Source: a virus. Taken from it: a stretch of 45,376 nt of DNA. This document shows, one piece after another, positions 28,562 through 38,711 of the stretch. The notes under the pieces are model-generated. The model did no database searches. It was not told where the DNA came from and was given only the letters and a program-made list of their open reading frames with translations. A program made the translations under genes and the position numbers. Location of the stretch: IMG/VR virus record IMGVR_UViG_3300029714_000015, one strand, 5' to 3'. Every line of letters starts with the position of its first letter. The stretch's first letter is position 1.

Positions 28562-29509
28562 TTATTTCTCCGGCAAAGAAGATATGTTATTATCTTTCCA
28601 TGCTTGTGTCATTGCGGCACTAAATTGCTCTGATCCTACGGTTAAACCTTGCGCCATAAGATTAGATGCTATTGCGTCGTATGCTTCGGTTCTTGTTTTT
28701 ACCCCCGAAACGTCAATCAAGCCACCGGTATTACCGTTATTAGCATTTGGAGGCGTTGTGCCGCTACCGCGTTGTGATTGTCCCTTATCCAAGACACCCA
28801 TAATTTCCAATTCTTTTGTCAACAATTCCGCCGGACTAAATGGGTTTAACTGGTTATTAGGATTTCGCAATATCGCGCCGTCATCGCCCTTAAATGCCAA
28901 AATTTTACCGCCGTTACCGTCATCAATCATTTCGGGATTCATACCTTTTATTTTTTCCATTGCTTGCTGCAAAATAACGCGCGTAACATTATCGGGCAAA
29001 CCGGCTTTAAACTTCATATTCGCCGATGCTATTTGCAAAGCATTATCTACCCGTACGCCAAAAAGCTCTTTTTCGTGATTGGTTAACGCCTCTTGATACC
29101 TGTTATTAAGATCGTTATATTGCGCGGTAATACTGGTCAAATCGGCTTTTGTTTGCTTTAATACTTTTGCGGCCTCTGCATCGTTTGCGCCGTCGGCAAG
29201 AGCTTTTTCTAAACGTGTTTTTTCTTTCGACAGATTGTCTATTTGAGACTGCAAACCGATTATGCTTTCCGCTTTCGTTTTTATCTCTGAAAGTACGCGC
29301 TTTACATATTCATAGGTTTTTTCCGTCCCATTTTTAGCAATCCCGGAAACGCTTAAAATATCTGCATCTAATGCACCGTATATTTCACCCGTTTTTTTTG
29401 CTATAACGCTGTTTTCGTCGTTTTGCGACAACGTTGTAATGGCTGTTATTTGTTCATCTGTCAACCCAGCCAAAGCCGCATTTGCAACGATAATTTCTCT
29501 TGTTAACAT
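28562..29509 (-). CDS. Scaffolding-like coiled-coil protein
   Basis: 315 aa, alpha-helical and heptad-rich, between the portal-region genes and the MCP. Confidence 0.4.
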   Translation of the reverse strand: MLTREIIVANAALAGLTDEQITAITTLSQNDENSVIAKKTGEIYGALDADILSVSGIAKNGTEKTYEYVKRVLSEIKTKAESIIGLQSQIDNLSKEKTRLEKALADGANDAEAAKVLKQTKADLTSITAQYNDLNNRYQEALTNHEKELFGVRVDNALQIASANMKFKAGLPDNVTRVILQQAMEKIKGMNPEMIDDGNGGKILAFKGDDGAILRNPNNQLNPFSPAELLTKELEIMGVLDKGQSQRGSGTTPPNANNGNTGGLIDVSGVKTRTEAYDAIASNLMAQGLTVGSEQFSAAMTQAWKDNNISSLPEK

Positions 29510-29526
29510 AAATCTTACCCTTTGAT

Positions 29527-29799
29527 TTAATTCAATTCTATACTTTCCGCCATACCGGTATTAACGTCCATTACCGCAATGGTATATTTGGGGGCATTAG
29601 CCGTCGTTGTATCAACTTCATAACCCAAAACTTTGCCATAATTGGTTTTATTTGCTGCCTCAACAGATATAACAATAACATCGGTAATTGTGCCGGTCTG
29701 AATGCACGATATAAGTTTCTGTTTCGTGTCAGCGTCCATATTTGCAAGTGCGCCACTTATTTGGATATACAAATTGTCTTGTTGTGCTATTTGTGCCAT
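29527..29799 (-). CDS. Hypothetical head protein
   Basis: 90 aa. Confidence 0.4.
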   Translation of the reverse strand: MAQIAQQDNLYIQISGALANMDADTKQKLISCIQTGTITDVIVISVEAANKTNYGKVLGYEVDTTTANAPKYTIAVMDVNTGMAESIELN

Positions 29800-29819
29800 A
29801 ATTTTAATTTTTATAGGTT

Positions 29820-30326
29820 TTACTCTGTTATGTCTTGATTCTCTGTTTCTGATGTTGTTTCGGTTAAGGCTTTTTTCCGGCCTCTTTTTGTTTCTGATGT
29901 TGTTTCGGTAGCCGCTGTTTCAGTTGAGGCGGGTATTATGCCGGCCATTTTTAATTCTTCTATAATTTCCTGCTTTATTTGCTCCCTTTCGGCGGCTTTG
30001 GCCTCTATGGCTTTTTCTTCTGCCATTTTTGCCGCCTTTTCTTTGGTCTCTTTAATCCATTCATTAGGATCGTGCATTATATCCACCGTATAACCATGCT
30101 TGCGCAAATTATGCAATCCGAATGTTTCAAATATTTTTTTTCCAAAAACTTGCATTCGAGGTTTTGACAATCTTTCCCCACTCTCCGGATCAAATTTTTT
30201 TATTTCAATACGACAATGGTATAGATGTTCTTCTCCTTTCGGAACAATAAAGTTTTCCGGGGTAACATTTAAAATGCTCACATCTTTAAATTTTCCCTCA
30301 ATTTCTGTTTTCACTTGCATAGTCAA
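29820..30326 (-). CDS. Hypothetical K/E-rich protein
   Basis: 168 aa with a low-complexity T/E-rich C-terminus. Confidence 0.4.
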   Translation of the reverse strand: MTMQVKTEIEGKFKDVSILNVTPENFIVPKGEEHLYHCRIEIKKFDPESGERLSKPRMQVFGKKIFETFGLHNLRKHGYTVDIMHDPNEWIKETKEKAAKMAEEKAIEAKAAEREQIKQEIIEELKMAGIIPASTETAATETTSETKRGRKKALTETTSETENQDITE

Positions 30327-32055
30327 AAAATTTATTGGTTATTATTTCTACTTTTTTAGTGAGTGGTATTTGTGATCCAAACTCCAAAATATTTGTGTTT
30401 TCCCGCTCAAATCTACGAACAAAATTTGCAAAATTCAACTTTATAAACAATTCTTCTCTTGTTATTAGCTGTTTATCATACAAATTCATAACCTCATTAC
30501 GGCTTAAATGTCTATACGGCTCTAATTCTGCCAATATAAGCATTCTTTGTAATTGAGTAGGGTTGTTTCTGTATTCGGTTTCGAGTATTTGATTTTGCAA
30601 AGCATCTAATTCGGCTTCACTCGCGCCGCTTTCTTTCGCAACTTTATACCTATTTCTCAATGTATTTATATCATACAAATAAAATTCAGTACCCAAATTT
30701 ACTTTTGCAGACACAAACATATTGCCATATCTCAACCGGCAAACAGTTTCATCTACAAATTGTTGTGCTTCCTCAAAACCTTTTTTTACTCGATTTAATA
30801 TTGTGCTTTGGCTTTCAAAATTAGCCCTTATTTGTTGCTCGTTTAATGCGTCCCTCGTGGTTATTTCCTCATTTGTACCAACAATCGCGGTAATTATATC
30901 CGTTCGTAGGCGTTCTTCTTCACTAACATTGTAGTCAAGGCTACTTTTATCGACCGTTAATATTTGAACGGGGTTTCTTAAATCGGGTTGTTTATCGCCG
31001 TCGGGTATAGGTATTTCAACAAATGATCCAACGCCGGCAATACGTTTATCTCCACATTTGGGGCAACGCATTAAGATGCCCGAAGCATCGAATTTATAAA
31101 AGCCTTGTTTGTCTTTTAAAAATCCACCGTCGCAATAATCACCATTTTCCCCGTTACTAAAATCGCAACTTTGTTCATATCCGGAATATATAGGATAAGC
31201 TCCGTACAAGTCCAAATGTCTTTTGGATATATGGTAAAATAAATACCAATCCAAACATTCTAACTCTTTTGTCAGTGGCGATGCTTTTATATCGGGTTCT
31301 TTTAAATTTATTGGCTCGTTCCAAAAGAATCGTGCCGGGCAATAGCCCAAGTTATGCGGATTATCAATCAACAACTCGCCGATATTTCCCTTTTCTTCTC
31401 TGAAAATTCTATATCGCTCATCATCTATAACCGCAATACGTTTATCATCTTGACGAAAGATAATATACTCCATAACGCCCGTCATACTATCTGCCTCAAA
31501 AGTTATAACACTCTCTATTGGCAACCAATAGAAATATGGCATAGGGTATTTATCTTTTTGTTCCGTTGGTAGATCTACAATTAAAACGCTGTTTATTTCC
31601 GTTTTAAAAAAATCCCACCCTTTTGTGCTCCATATTGTCGGCTCTTTTAATACGTTTAGCCGGTAATACTCCCAATCGTCCCGTTGCTCCGTATTTTGAA
31701 ATTGATAATTAAAAGCGGGGTTTCTTCCGTCAAATATACGGCTTAACTTATCAAAACAAATGCCCGTTACCTCGTTTGTTTTAACGGGGTAACGGAACAA
31801 TGTTTTAAAGATCTTAAATTTGTCGTGTGGGATAAGATTAGAAACAAATGCTAAAAAATCCGTTGTTGGCTGATAGATATAGGGCGTTAATATCGTTTGC
31901 GCATGAAACTTTATGCGGTTTTGGTGCAAAATAGCCCTATTTATCACAGTCCGTTTCTTCGGTTCTGCTATTTGGTTTCTTATATTTCTTATATCTAAGC
32001 CCATTTTCCTTATCAAATTCAAAACTTGTTTTCTCGGGTAACTGCCAGCCGCCAT
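30298..32055 (-). CDS. Portal protein candidate
   Basis: 585 aa, the next large gene after TerL. Start uncertain, since a 72-aa ORF overlaps its 5' end. Confidence 0.4.
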   Translation of the reverse strand: MAAGSYPRKQVLNLIRKMGLDIRNIRNQIAEPKKRTVINRAILHQNRIKFHAQTILTPYIYQPTTDFLAFVSNLIPHDKFKIFKTLFRYPVKTNEVTGICFDKLSRIFDGRNPAFNYQFQNTEQRDDWEYYRLNVLKEPTIWSTKGWDFFKTEINSVLIVDLPTEQKDKYPMPYFYWLPIESVITFEADSMTGVMEYIIFRQDDKRIAVIDDERYRIFREEKGNIGELLIDNPHNLGYCPARFFWNEPINLKEPDIKASPLTKELECLDWYLFYHISKRHLDLYGAYPIYSGYEQSCDFSNGENGDYCDGGFLKDKQGFYKFDASGILMRCPKCGDKRIAGVGSFVEIPIPDGDKQPDLRNPVQILTVDKSSLDYNVSEEERLRTDIITAIVGTNEEITTRDALNEQQIRANFESQSTILNRVKKGFEEAQQFVDETVCRLRYGNMFVSAKVNLGTEFYLYDINTLRNRYKVAKESGASEAELDALQNQILETEYRNNPTQLQRMLILAELEPYRHLSRNEVMNLYDKQLITREELFIKLNFANFVRRFERENTNILEFGSQIPLTKKVEIITNKFFDYASENRN

Positions 32056-32159
32056 TATTGGGCAATCTCAACAATCTTTCGGCATGGCTTATTTCAAAAT
32101 CTTGTGTTATATTATGCGCTGGGCAACATAATGTAACCATTGTAATTTTACTCATAATA

Positions 32160-32810
32160 TTAAGCCGTTCGCAAATCGGTAAGCGGATTAAATTCGGGCG
32201 AAATAATAACTAAGTCGTCCGACCAATTCGGCAAAAACGACCATTGTATAGCGTTGCTGTCCGGAGCTTCCAAACCGCCCAACGTTTTATCACCAACAAA
32301 GAACGACCGAATAGGAATAGGATAATATTTTGTAGCGGTACTTTCGTCTTGAATTGCCCCGATAGCTCCGTTTTCATCAAAAAGATATATACCCAAGTTA
32401 TCACCCCAACTTTCGCACTGTAATTGTTTCAACAACTTAATTACTGATTGCGGAGCTTTCCGTATCACTCCGGTAAAAGTCGTTGCTTCTCGACCTATAA
32501 TTTCTTCAACGCCGCCCAATGTTTCATTTCCACCGCCAAACGTTCGTGCCGCTCCCGCCTCTGCTGTCGGGGCTTGAATGTAGGGAGAAAGAACTATTTT
32601 TGTGCTATCGCTTGCCGTTAAAAACGTAGTCCATGAAGCCAACGCTTTTATATCCTTTGCCGGTTCTGCTGCACTGTCGAAAAAGTTTTTGGTATTATCG
32701 TCTTTGTATAGACGCTGAAACGCTACTTTTTGAATTTGCCCAAATGATTCGGGGCAGGAAATTGCCGGAATAACTGGTAATGTGGATTCCGCAGGACATT
32801 TACAAATCAT
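32160..32810 (-). CDS. Hypothetical protein
   Basis: 216 aa, between TerL and the portal candidate. Confidence 0.4.
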   Translation of the reverse strand: MICKCPAESTLPVIPAISCPESFGQIQKVAFQRLYKDDNTKNFFDSAAEPAKDIKALASWTTFLTASDSTKIVLSPYIQAPTAEAGAARTFGGGNETLGGVEEIIGREATTFTGVIRKAPQSVIKLLKQLQCESWGDNLGIYLFDENGAIGAIQDESTATKYYPIPIRSFFVGDKTLGGLEAPDSNAIQWSFLPNWSDDLVIISPEFNPLTDLRTA

Positions 32811-32923
32811 AATCTCAAAATTTTAATGGTTATAAATACTGTTATTTATAGGGCTACCCTTATCCCCTCATCTGCAAAGATATAAAATAAATCGAAAAAC
32901 ATTTTGTAATTCCAATTATTTTA

Positions 32924-34480
32924 TTAATTACGACGCTTTACCCCTCTTGTTGCTTGACTATACGGATATATATTACCGTCTGATAGCTCTTTTTCATACA
33001 CACCCGTTAAAGCGTCTTCCGGGTCATCATGCGTATTTGCCGAAAAATCACGCAAAAATGTGGTTATATGATTATATATATCTTTATACCTATTCTCCCA
33101 ATTAAACGGCATTATTATTTGAGAATTAACCATTGCCGAAGATGTTATTATACGGCTCTCTTTATTCCCTTTTTGATAAAAGGGTACAGTTATCGCACGC
33201 ACTTTTTTAGTTATAACCTTTTCAAAGCTCGAACCGCCGTTATTACTCTCTATCCATGCTTTTTGTGTGCCATTTCTATTTATCATTGCCGGTATAGTTA
33301 CGGTTGTAACATCTAAATTTTCTTGTGTCATCTCCATATCCGTAACTAACGCATATAATATCGGCTCAAATCGTTTCGTCTTTTCATTAAAGACTTCGTT
33401 ATTGCTTTTATATACATCATAACATACCGAAAAAGTATAATCGTCGCCCTCATCGGCTACGTCTGTATAATTTCCGGAACGCACATATTGCCCCCAATCA
33501 TCTTTTTCTATCCATGTTTTAAAAGCGTGTTGATATAAACGCCCCTCGGCATTACCCGGGTTTCCTTGATACAGACATTGAAATTGTACCGGGTCTAATG
33601 CTTTTTGCCCCTCTAATTTCTCGCGGCTATGTCTGTTCTCCCATAATGCTACACCACATTTTCGCGGGTCTATTTCTGTCGGGTCGCCACTTTTTAACCC
33701 CTCAAAATTTATTCTAACCCATGCCCCAGCGGGAATATCTGTTATATCGTTCCATGTTTTTATATCAATGATTTTTTCTCCGCTTTTCTCTATTCTCCCG
33801 ATCAAGTCATCTTCATGCCAGCGGGTGAACACTATTAATTCTTGCGAATTATTATGCAATCGAGTTCTTACTACTGTTGTGTACCATTTCCAAGCCGCAT
33901 TGCGAACAACTGGGCTATTTCCCTCTGCATAATCCTTATAAACATCGTCCAATATAGATACATCTACTGTTTTCGATGTTAAAGAACCTCCACGCCCAAC
34001 AACACGCAAACTACCTTTTTTCCCTACTATTTCTATAACGTCAGAATTTCGCAAATAGGTATTTGCCATTGTTACCACGTTTGAACCATTTAAATACGTA
34101 TTTGGAAAGATTTTATGATAACGCGGTGTATCTATTATTCTTTGGACATCTCTATTGAAATCTCGGGCAATGGTAGCGGCATACGATCCGATACAAATTT
34201 TTAAATCGGGATTTAATCCCAGCATAAAAGCCGGCAATTTACGGCTTGAACCCTCTGATTTACCATGTTGCGGCGGCATTTGTACAATCATCTTTTTTAT
34301 TTCCCCGTGTGCGAATTTATCTAACAAAGTATAATAGACAATGTGAAACGGCATTAACGATAAATCATCTTGCATATACCTTGCAAAATTGATTAATCTT
34401 TTTCTCGCTGCCTCTTCCACCAATATATTAGGATTATTTTTAAGTGCTGCGTATATCTTTAATAATTCTTTATTGTCCAT
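32924..34480 (-). CDS. terL: Terminase large subunit
   Basis: Walker A QMPPQHGKSE, Walker B VDVSILDDVY, and a C-terminal nuclease-like domain. 518 aa. Confidence 0.75.
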   Translation of the reverse strand: MDNKELLKIYAALKNNPNILVEEAARKRLINFARYMQDDLSLMPFHIVYYTLLDKFAHGEIKKMIVQMPPQHGKSEGSSRKLPAFMLGLNPDLKICIGSYAATIARDFNRDVQRIIDTPRYHKIFPNTYLNGSNVVTMANTYLRNSDVIEIVGKKGSLRVVGRGGSLTSKTVDVSILDDVYKDYAEGNSPVVRNAAWKWYTTVVRTRLHNNSQELIVFTRWHEDDLIGRIEKSGEKIIDIKTWNDITDIPAGAWVRINFEGLKSGDPTEIDPRKCGVALWENRHSREKLEGQKALDPVQFQCLYQGNPGNAEGRLYQHAFKTWIEKDDWGQYVRSGNYTDVADEGDDYTFSVCYDVYKSNNEVFNEKTKRFEPILYALVTDMEMTQENLDVTTVTIPAMINRNGTQKAWIESNNGGSSFEKVITKKVRAITVPFYQKGNKESRIITSSAMVNSQIIMPFNWENRYKDIYNHITTFLRDFSANTHDDPEDALTGVYEKELSDGNIYPYSQATRGVKRRN

Positions 34481-34482
34481 AT

Positions 34483-34722
34483 CTAATATTTCTTAGAGAT
34501 TATTTTTAATTCGCCGGGTTTCTTTGGAATCCAAAATTGACACGCAAATTTACTTCTCACATTATCATAGGTAGAATATTTACAACGGCAACAAATAGGT
34601 TTTTTTTCAAAATCTAAATTTTGAAAATCATAAAACCAAATACCATGTCCACAATCGCCGCAATAATGTTGTATTTCGTTTGTTTTACTTGTTTTCTTCA
34701 TCGCTATATTGTAAATATACAC
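34483..34722 (-). CDS. Small Zn-ribbon protein
   Basis: CGDCGHG...CCRCKY cysteine pairs. Confidence 0.4.
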   Translation of the reverse strand: MYIYNIAMKKTSKTNEIQHYCGDCGHGIWFYDFQNLDFEKKPICCRCKYSTYDNVRSKFACQFWIPKKPGELKIISKKY

Positions 34723-34736
34723 TATATGTGTTTTTG

Positions 34737-35360
34737 CTACTCGCGTTTTAAATTATCTTGTAATTTATCCACAACCGAAAATAATAAATCGTCCGGAATA
34801 GATTTTATATCATATTGTGGAAGATCTTCATTTCTATTACCATTTGGAATATCTATTTTTATCGGCGCATCAAAGCCTAACATTTTTGCGCGTCGTTGCT
34901 GAACATTTAAAAGCAAATCTAAAAATTTAGGATTGCCCGGTGTCGTCTCTGTTGCTTCTTCAACATTCGTACAATACACTTTATCATTTCGCCCGCTTAA
35001 TTTGCGCATTTTACTTTTACTTTTTTCCTTTTTTGATTTTTCCCACGCGCACCATAATTCAACTTCTATTTTATCAAGCTTGCGTAATTCTTGCGTTATA
35101 TAATCATCTATATTATCCATTCGCTCACGTTTCCAATCTATAAGCAAATTTTTAATATCGATAAATATTGCTTGTGCGGTTATTGTATAATTAGAGCCAT
35201 TCTCCGCATTTACTTTGTTCAATTCTTCTGCAATCTCCCTATATGTATATCCACGCAAAAAAAGATTAGAACAAAACAATACATCTCTATCGTATTGTGC
35301 GCGTGTCCGTTTACATAATTTAGGTTGGCGACCTCTTTTCCTTTTATGCTCATATTCCAT
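34737..35360 (-). CDS. Putative terminase small subunit / DNA-binding protein (start at MEYEHKRK)
   Basis: Basic N-terminus KRKRGRQPK. Positioned directly upstream of TerL. Confidence 0.3.
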   Translation of the reverse strand: MEYEHKRKRGRQPKLCKRTRAQYDRDVLFCSNLFLRGYTYREIAEELNKVNAENGSNYTITAQAIFIDIKNLLIDWKRERMDNIDDYITQELRKLDKIEVELWCAWEKSKKEKSKSKMRKLSGRNDKVYCTNVEEATETTPGNPKFLDLLLNVQQRRAKMLGFDAPIKIDIPNGNRNEDLPQYDIKSIPDDLLFSVVDKLQDNLKRE

Positions 35361-35448
35361 ATTAAAGCTTTTTATATGTAAATAATTTATATAACAAATA
35401 TAGTGCCTTAATCGCACATTAAGACACTATATAATAAACATTGACCGA

Positions 35449-36300
35449 TTATATTTCTATGCCCGTAATATCTTCAAATATATCCGCATCGAAGTTAGGC
35501 AACGTTTTAAACAATTCCTTTTGATCATCTGTAAGCTCCGACCAAAGATTAGCCCACGCTTCTTTATAAGTATAAACACGCAAATAGCCGTAATTAACAT
35601 AAGCATCTGGATTATTTTCTTTTTCTTCGTCGGACATATCGTCCCAATCGATCCAGTCAGTTAAAACAAATAAATCCTGAACAATACGATATACCTTATG
35701 TCTGTACCAATCCTCCCAAGTAAAAGAAGATTCTTTATTAAAGAAAAATATTTTATCGCCTCTTTTTCTATTGCAAAAAACGCCGCTGTTTCGGTAGCCG
35801 CTGTTTAGGTCGCCGCTGTTTCGGTCGCCGCTGTTTCGGTCGCCGCTGTTTAGGTCGCCGCTGTTTCGGTAGCCGCTGTTTAGGTCGCCGCTGTTTCGGT
35901 AGCCGCTGTTTAGGTCGCCGCTGTTTCGGTCGCCGCTGTTTCGGTAGCCGCTGTTTCGGTCGCCGCTGTTTCGGTAGCCGCTGTTTCGGTCGCCGCTGTT
36001 TCGGTCGCCGCTGTTTCGGTAGCCGCTGTTTCGGTCGCCGCTGTTTCGGTAGCCGCTGTTTAGGTCGCCGCTGTTTCGGTCGCCGCTGTTAAAAAGACCT
36101 GTATTTTCTCTCCCTGTAAAAAACAATTCCGGGCGTTCACATTCTCTTATCCAATCGGCATTAATAGGATAAAAATCTTCTCTGTCTTTTATCACATTGG
36201 CAAGTTCTTCATAGGTTGCCACATTGCGTACCTCATCGCCAAATTCTTTGTTCCATTCATAAGCCCCAATAATTTGGTCTTTTAATTCTTCTAAGTTCAT
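35449..36300 (-). CDS. Protein with about 21 tandem pentapeptide units NSGDR/NSGYR/NSGDL
   Basis: Encoded by the 15-bp tandem array at 35771..36090. Acidic/aromatic flanks. Confidence 0.5.
   Translation of the reverse strand: MNLEELKDQIIGAYEWNKEFGDEVRNVATYEELANVIKDREDFYPINADWIRECERPELFFTGRENTGLFNSGDRNSGDLNSGYRNSGDRNSGYRNSGDRNSGDRNSGYRNSGDRNSGYRNSGDRNSGDLNSGYRNSGDLNSGYRNSGDLNSGDRNSGDRNSGDLNSGYRNSGVFCNRKRGDKIFFFNKESSFTWEDWYRHKVYRIVQDLFVLTDWIDWDDMSDEEKENNPDAYVNYGYLRVYTYKEAWANLWSELTDDQKELFKTLPNFDADIFEDITGIEI
35771..36090. repeat. About 21 copies of a 15-bp tandem repeat (CGCCGCTGTTTCGGT / AGCCGCTGTTTAGGT variants)
   Basis: Seen directly. Three unit variants are interspersed. Confidence 0.9.
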
Positions 36301-36318
36301 AGTTTTATATTTTTGATA

Positions 36319-37119
36319 TTAATAACTGGCCGTTTTTTGTTTCGTATTTGCTACAAAGGTTTTGTTAGATCCTTTGAGATTAATTTCTCCCAAATTTTCA
36401 AAATCCCCGTTTGCCCATACTTTGGTGATGCAAGAACCTTTGTATTTGTCGTCAATTTCATGCCCGCACCAATGTATTGCGACGGATTTCGCTTCAAGGA
36501 ATCGATGAAAGGTCATTGAAAGATGTTTCTTGACCCGATCGAATGCTTCCGAGAACTTTCGTTTGGCATTCTCGTTCTCGGCTTTTGTCGCGGCCGGGAT
36601 AATCCGGTCCGGATCCGTCCAAATAACTATAGTACCGGAAGCAAGATTATCCAGTTCATGCTCGAAGCCTCCCGGAAGCCAATGAACCAGTTCCCAACGG
36701 TCGCATCGAGCAACATGATCCAGACTCCATGTCCAGAATTCGGGAGATTGTCCCTGAATTTTACTCATAACGGTCAGTGTCCGACATTGAGAGAAGGATG
36801 CGGTTTTCAGACCGAGACCAAAACGTCCCAGATCCGTCGCCGATCGTTCTTCCAGAGGATTCTGCGCCCCGGGGCGCATGGCTTGGATTATCTCTTCACC
36901 GGACATGCCGTGTCCATCGTCCTTGATTGTTATGACGGATTCTCCTCCCTTCCAGATTCGATTGATCCATACATTTTTGGCCAATGCAGATATTGAGTTA
37001 TCAACGATATCTGCAACAGCCGTTTCCAAACTGTAGCCGATGGCTCGAAACGTTTCAATCATTGCTGCTGCTCTTGGAATGGCTGAAGCTGTTTTTATAT
37101 ATGTGAAATTATCATACAT
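36319..37119 (-). CDS. GHKL (HATPase_c) ATPase fragment. It looks like a truncated partner of the methyltransferase. The GC-rich N-terminal ~200 codons are fused to an AT-rich tail of ~65 codons.
   Basis: Bergerat-fold motifs: N-box ADIVDNSISA, G1 DDGHGM, G2 GRFGLGLKTAS. Composition changes at about 36520. Confidence 0.55.
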   Translation of the reverse strand: MYDNFTYIKTASAIPRAAAMIETFRAIGYSLETAVADIVDNSISALAKNVWINRIWKGGESVITIKDDGHGMSGEEIIQAMRPGAQNPLEERSATDLGRFGLGLKTASFSQCRTLTVMSKIQGQSPEFWTWSLDHVARCDRWELVHWLPGGFEHELDNLASGTIVIWTDPDRIIPAATKAENENAKRKFSEAFDRVKKHLSMTFHRFLEAKSVAIHWCGHEIDDKYKGSCITKVWANGDFENLGEINLKGSNKTFVANTKQKTASY

Positions 37120-38420
37120 ATCTGGTTATTTATAACATCTTTTTAATAGCTTCAGCAATCTTCTGAGCTAATACGACTGGTACGGCATTGCCAATCTGTT
37201 TAAAGGCGGATGTACGGCTACCTTCAAAGTAATAATCATCAGGAAATGACTGAAGACGCGCCGCCTCTCGAACCGTAATGGAGCGTACCGTTTCCAATGT
37301 CGGATTTAATGTCGGATAAATATAGTAATGTCCGTCCATGGCAATGTGTGCAACTACCGTGTGACTGCATCCGTAAGGATCGACGACATTGAAACGGTTG
37401 AGAAAGATCTCCTTGTTTCGATGAGTCTGCAATTCGACCGGCAGTTGTGCATAGTTCAACCGATGGTGTTCATTCAACCACTTTTCGACGGCTATCTTGT
37501 ATATTTTACGATCGTTTTCGTTGGTCGGTCTGGCTACATGTTGAGTTGTAAAATCCAACTCGCCGCGTATCCCGGACTGATTGAGATATGGCATCTCGGA
37601 CAGATGTTTGACATACGATACGGTTTCGCAAAATTTTCCTTCTCCCGCTTTTCGTGCTGGCAAATCCGAGAACAGATCCCTTAGAACTTGATATGGACAC
37701 TCCTCCACTGGTAGTTCCGGGTAATGGTATGGGCTTTTCAAGCCTTTTACAGCGCGCTTCCAGCCTACGATAATAACTCTCTGCCTATTTTGCAATACCC
37801 CGTGTTGGGATGCAATCTGAACTTTGCAGTCCATATCATAGCCGAGCTTGTCAACCAGTCGTTTGAGATCAGCAAAGGGTTCTCCCCGTTTGGCAGTCAA
37901 TAGACCCAATACGTTTTCAAATACGAACATCTCAGGGTCATAGTGCTCGATAAATTGTACGTAGTATTTGTACAGTTCGTTTCGAGGATCCTTCTCGACC
38001 TCTTTGCCCATACGCGCTCTGCCTGCGACGGAATAGGCCTGACAGGGAGGACCTCCGATGATGATATCCACCTTGCGTTTGCCTTTGAGTTCATCCACGT
38101 TCTTGAAAATATCATCAATCGTATTTTCTCCTATTGTCGCGCAAATCGTGGTATTGATTACGCTTTTCGGAACCTGACTCCAAAGTTTTCGCCCGTCTGT
38201 CCCTTCTTCCTTATGCTTGAGATAATCTTCATAGATTGGAAGCATCCCATTTTTCTGAAGATAATGAAATGCCGATCGTGTTTTCAGCGTGTTACAGGCG
38301 TCCTTGTTCATCTCGATATACGCAATTGGCGTATACCCGGCTCTGATGAAGCCTTCAGAAAGTCCTCCTGCTCCGGCAAACAAATCTATGAATGTATATG
38401 TTTTTTTCATCAACTGTTGT
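36520..38420. other. GC-richer island carrying the C5-methyltransferase and the GHKL ATPase fragment
   Basis: Composition change at about 36520, inside the GHKL ORF, and at about 38415. Confidence 0.65.
37130..38413 (-). CDS. DNA (cytosine-5)-methyltransferase
   Basis: Motif I FIDLFAGAGG, IV GGPPCQAYS, VI FENVLGL, VIII QNRQRV, X GNAVPV. About 45-50% GC, so foreign to the backbone. Confidence 0.9.
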   Translation of the reverse strand: MMKKTYTFIDLFAGAGGLSEGFIRAGYTPIAYIEMNKDACNTLKTRSAFHYLQKNGMLPIYEDYLKHKEEGTDGRKLWSQVPKSVINTTICATIGENTIDDIFKNVDELKGKRKVDIIIGGPPCQAYSVAGRARMGKEVEKDPRNELYKYYVQFIEHYDPEMFVFENVLGLLTAKRGEPFADLKRLVDKLGYDMDCKVQIASQHGVLQNRQRVIIVGWKRAVKGLKSPYHYPELPVEECPYQVLRDLFSDLPARKAGEGKFCETVSYVKHLSEMPYLNQSGIRGELDFTTQHVARPTNENDRKIYKIAVEKWLNEHHRLNYAQLPVELQTHRNKEIFLNRFNVVDPYGCSHTVVAHIAMDGHYYIYPTLNPTLETVRSITVREAARLQSFPDDYYFEGSRTSAFKQIGNAVPVVLAQKIAEAIKKML

Positions 38421-38444
38421 ATTTACAATATTCAAGTTAATACT

Positions 38445-38711
38445 TTATTGCTGATTTTCATCCCTATATTGTTCTATAAAAAATCGCTTCTGTTGTTCTA
38501 TCTCATTTCGTAATTCTTCCTCGGTTGGCATATAGGTCATATACTTTGTAGCGTAGAGCTGCTCATTGTCATGAAGTACCGAATATCGTGCAATAGTGTT
38601 GTCCGTATCCGTACAAAGTAGAACACCTATGGTCGGCGGATATTTTTTTTGATTAAATCCTTTGCAGGCTTCAATGAGTAGAAAATATATGTATCGTTCC
38701 ATGTTTCGCAT
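38445..38711 (-). CDS. Hypothetical protein
   Basis: 88-aa ORF that overlaps the 60-aa ORF upstream of it. One of the two may be spurious. Confidence 0.3.
   Translation of the reverse strand: MRNMERYIYFLLIEACKGFNQKKYPPTIGVLLCTDTDNTIARYSVLHDNEQLYATKYMTYMPTEEELRNEIEQQKRFFIEQYRDENQQ

Noticed and set aside
31937-32155. 72-aa ORF overlapping the 5' end of the portal candidate
   Set aside because: From sequence alone I cannot decide between this ORF and a later portal start, so it is left uncalled.
36523-36996. 157-aa plus-strand ORF inside the GHKL ATPase gene, and 165/118-aa plus ORFs inside the methyltransferase gene
   Set aside because: Antisense to CDSs with complete catalytic motif sets.
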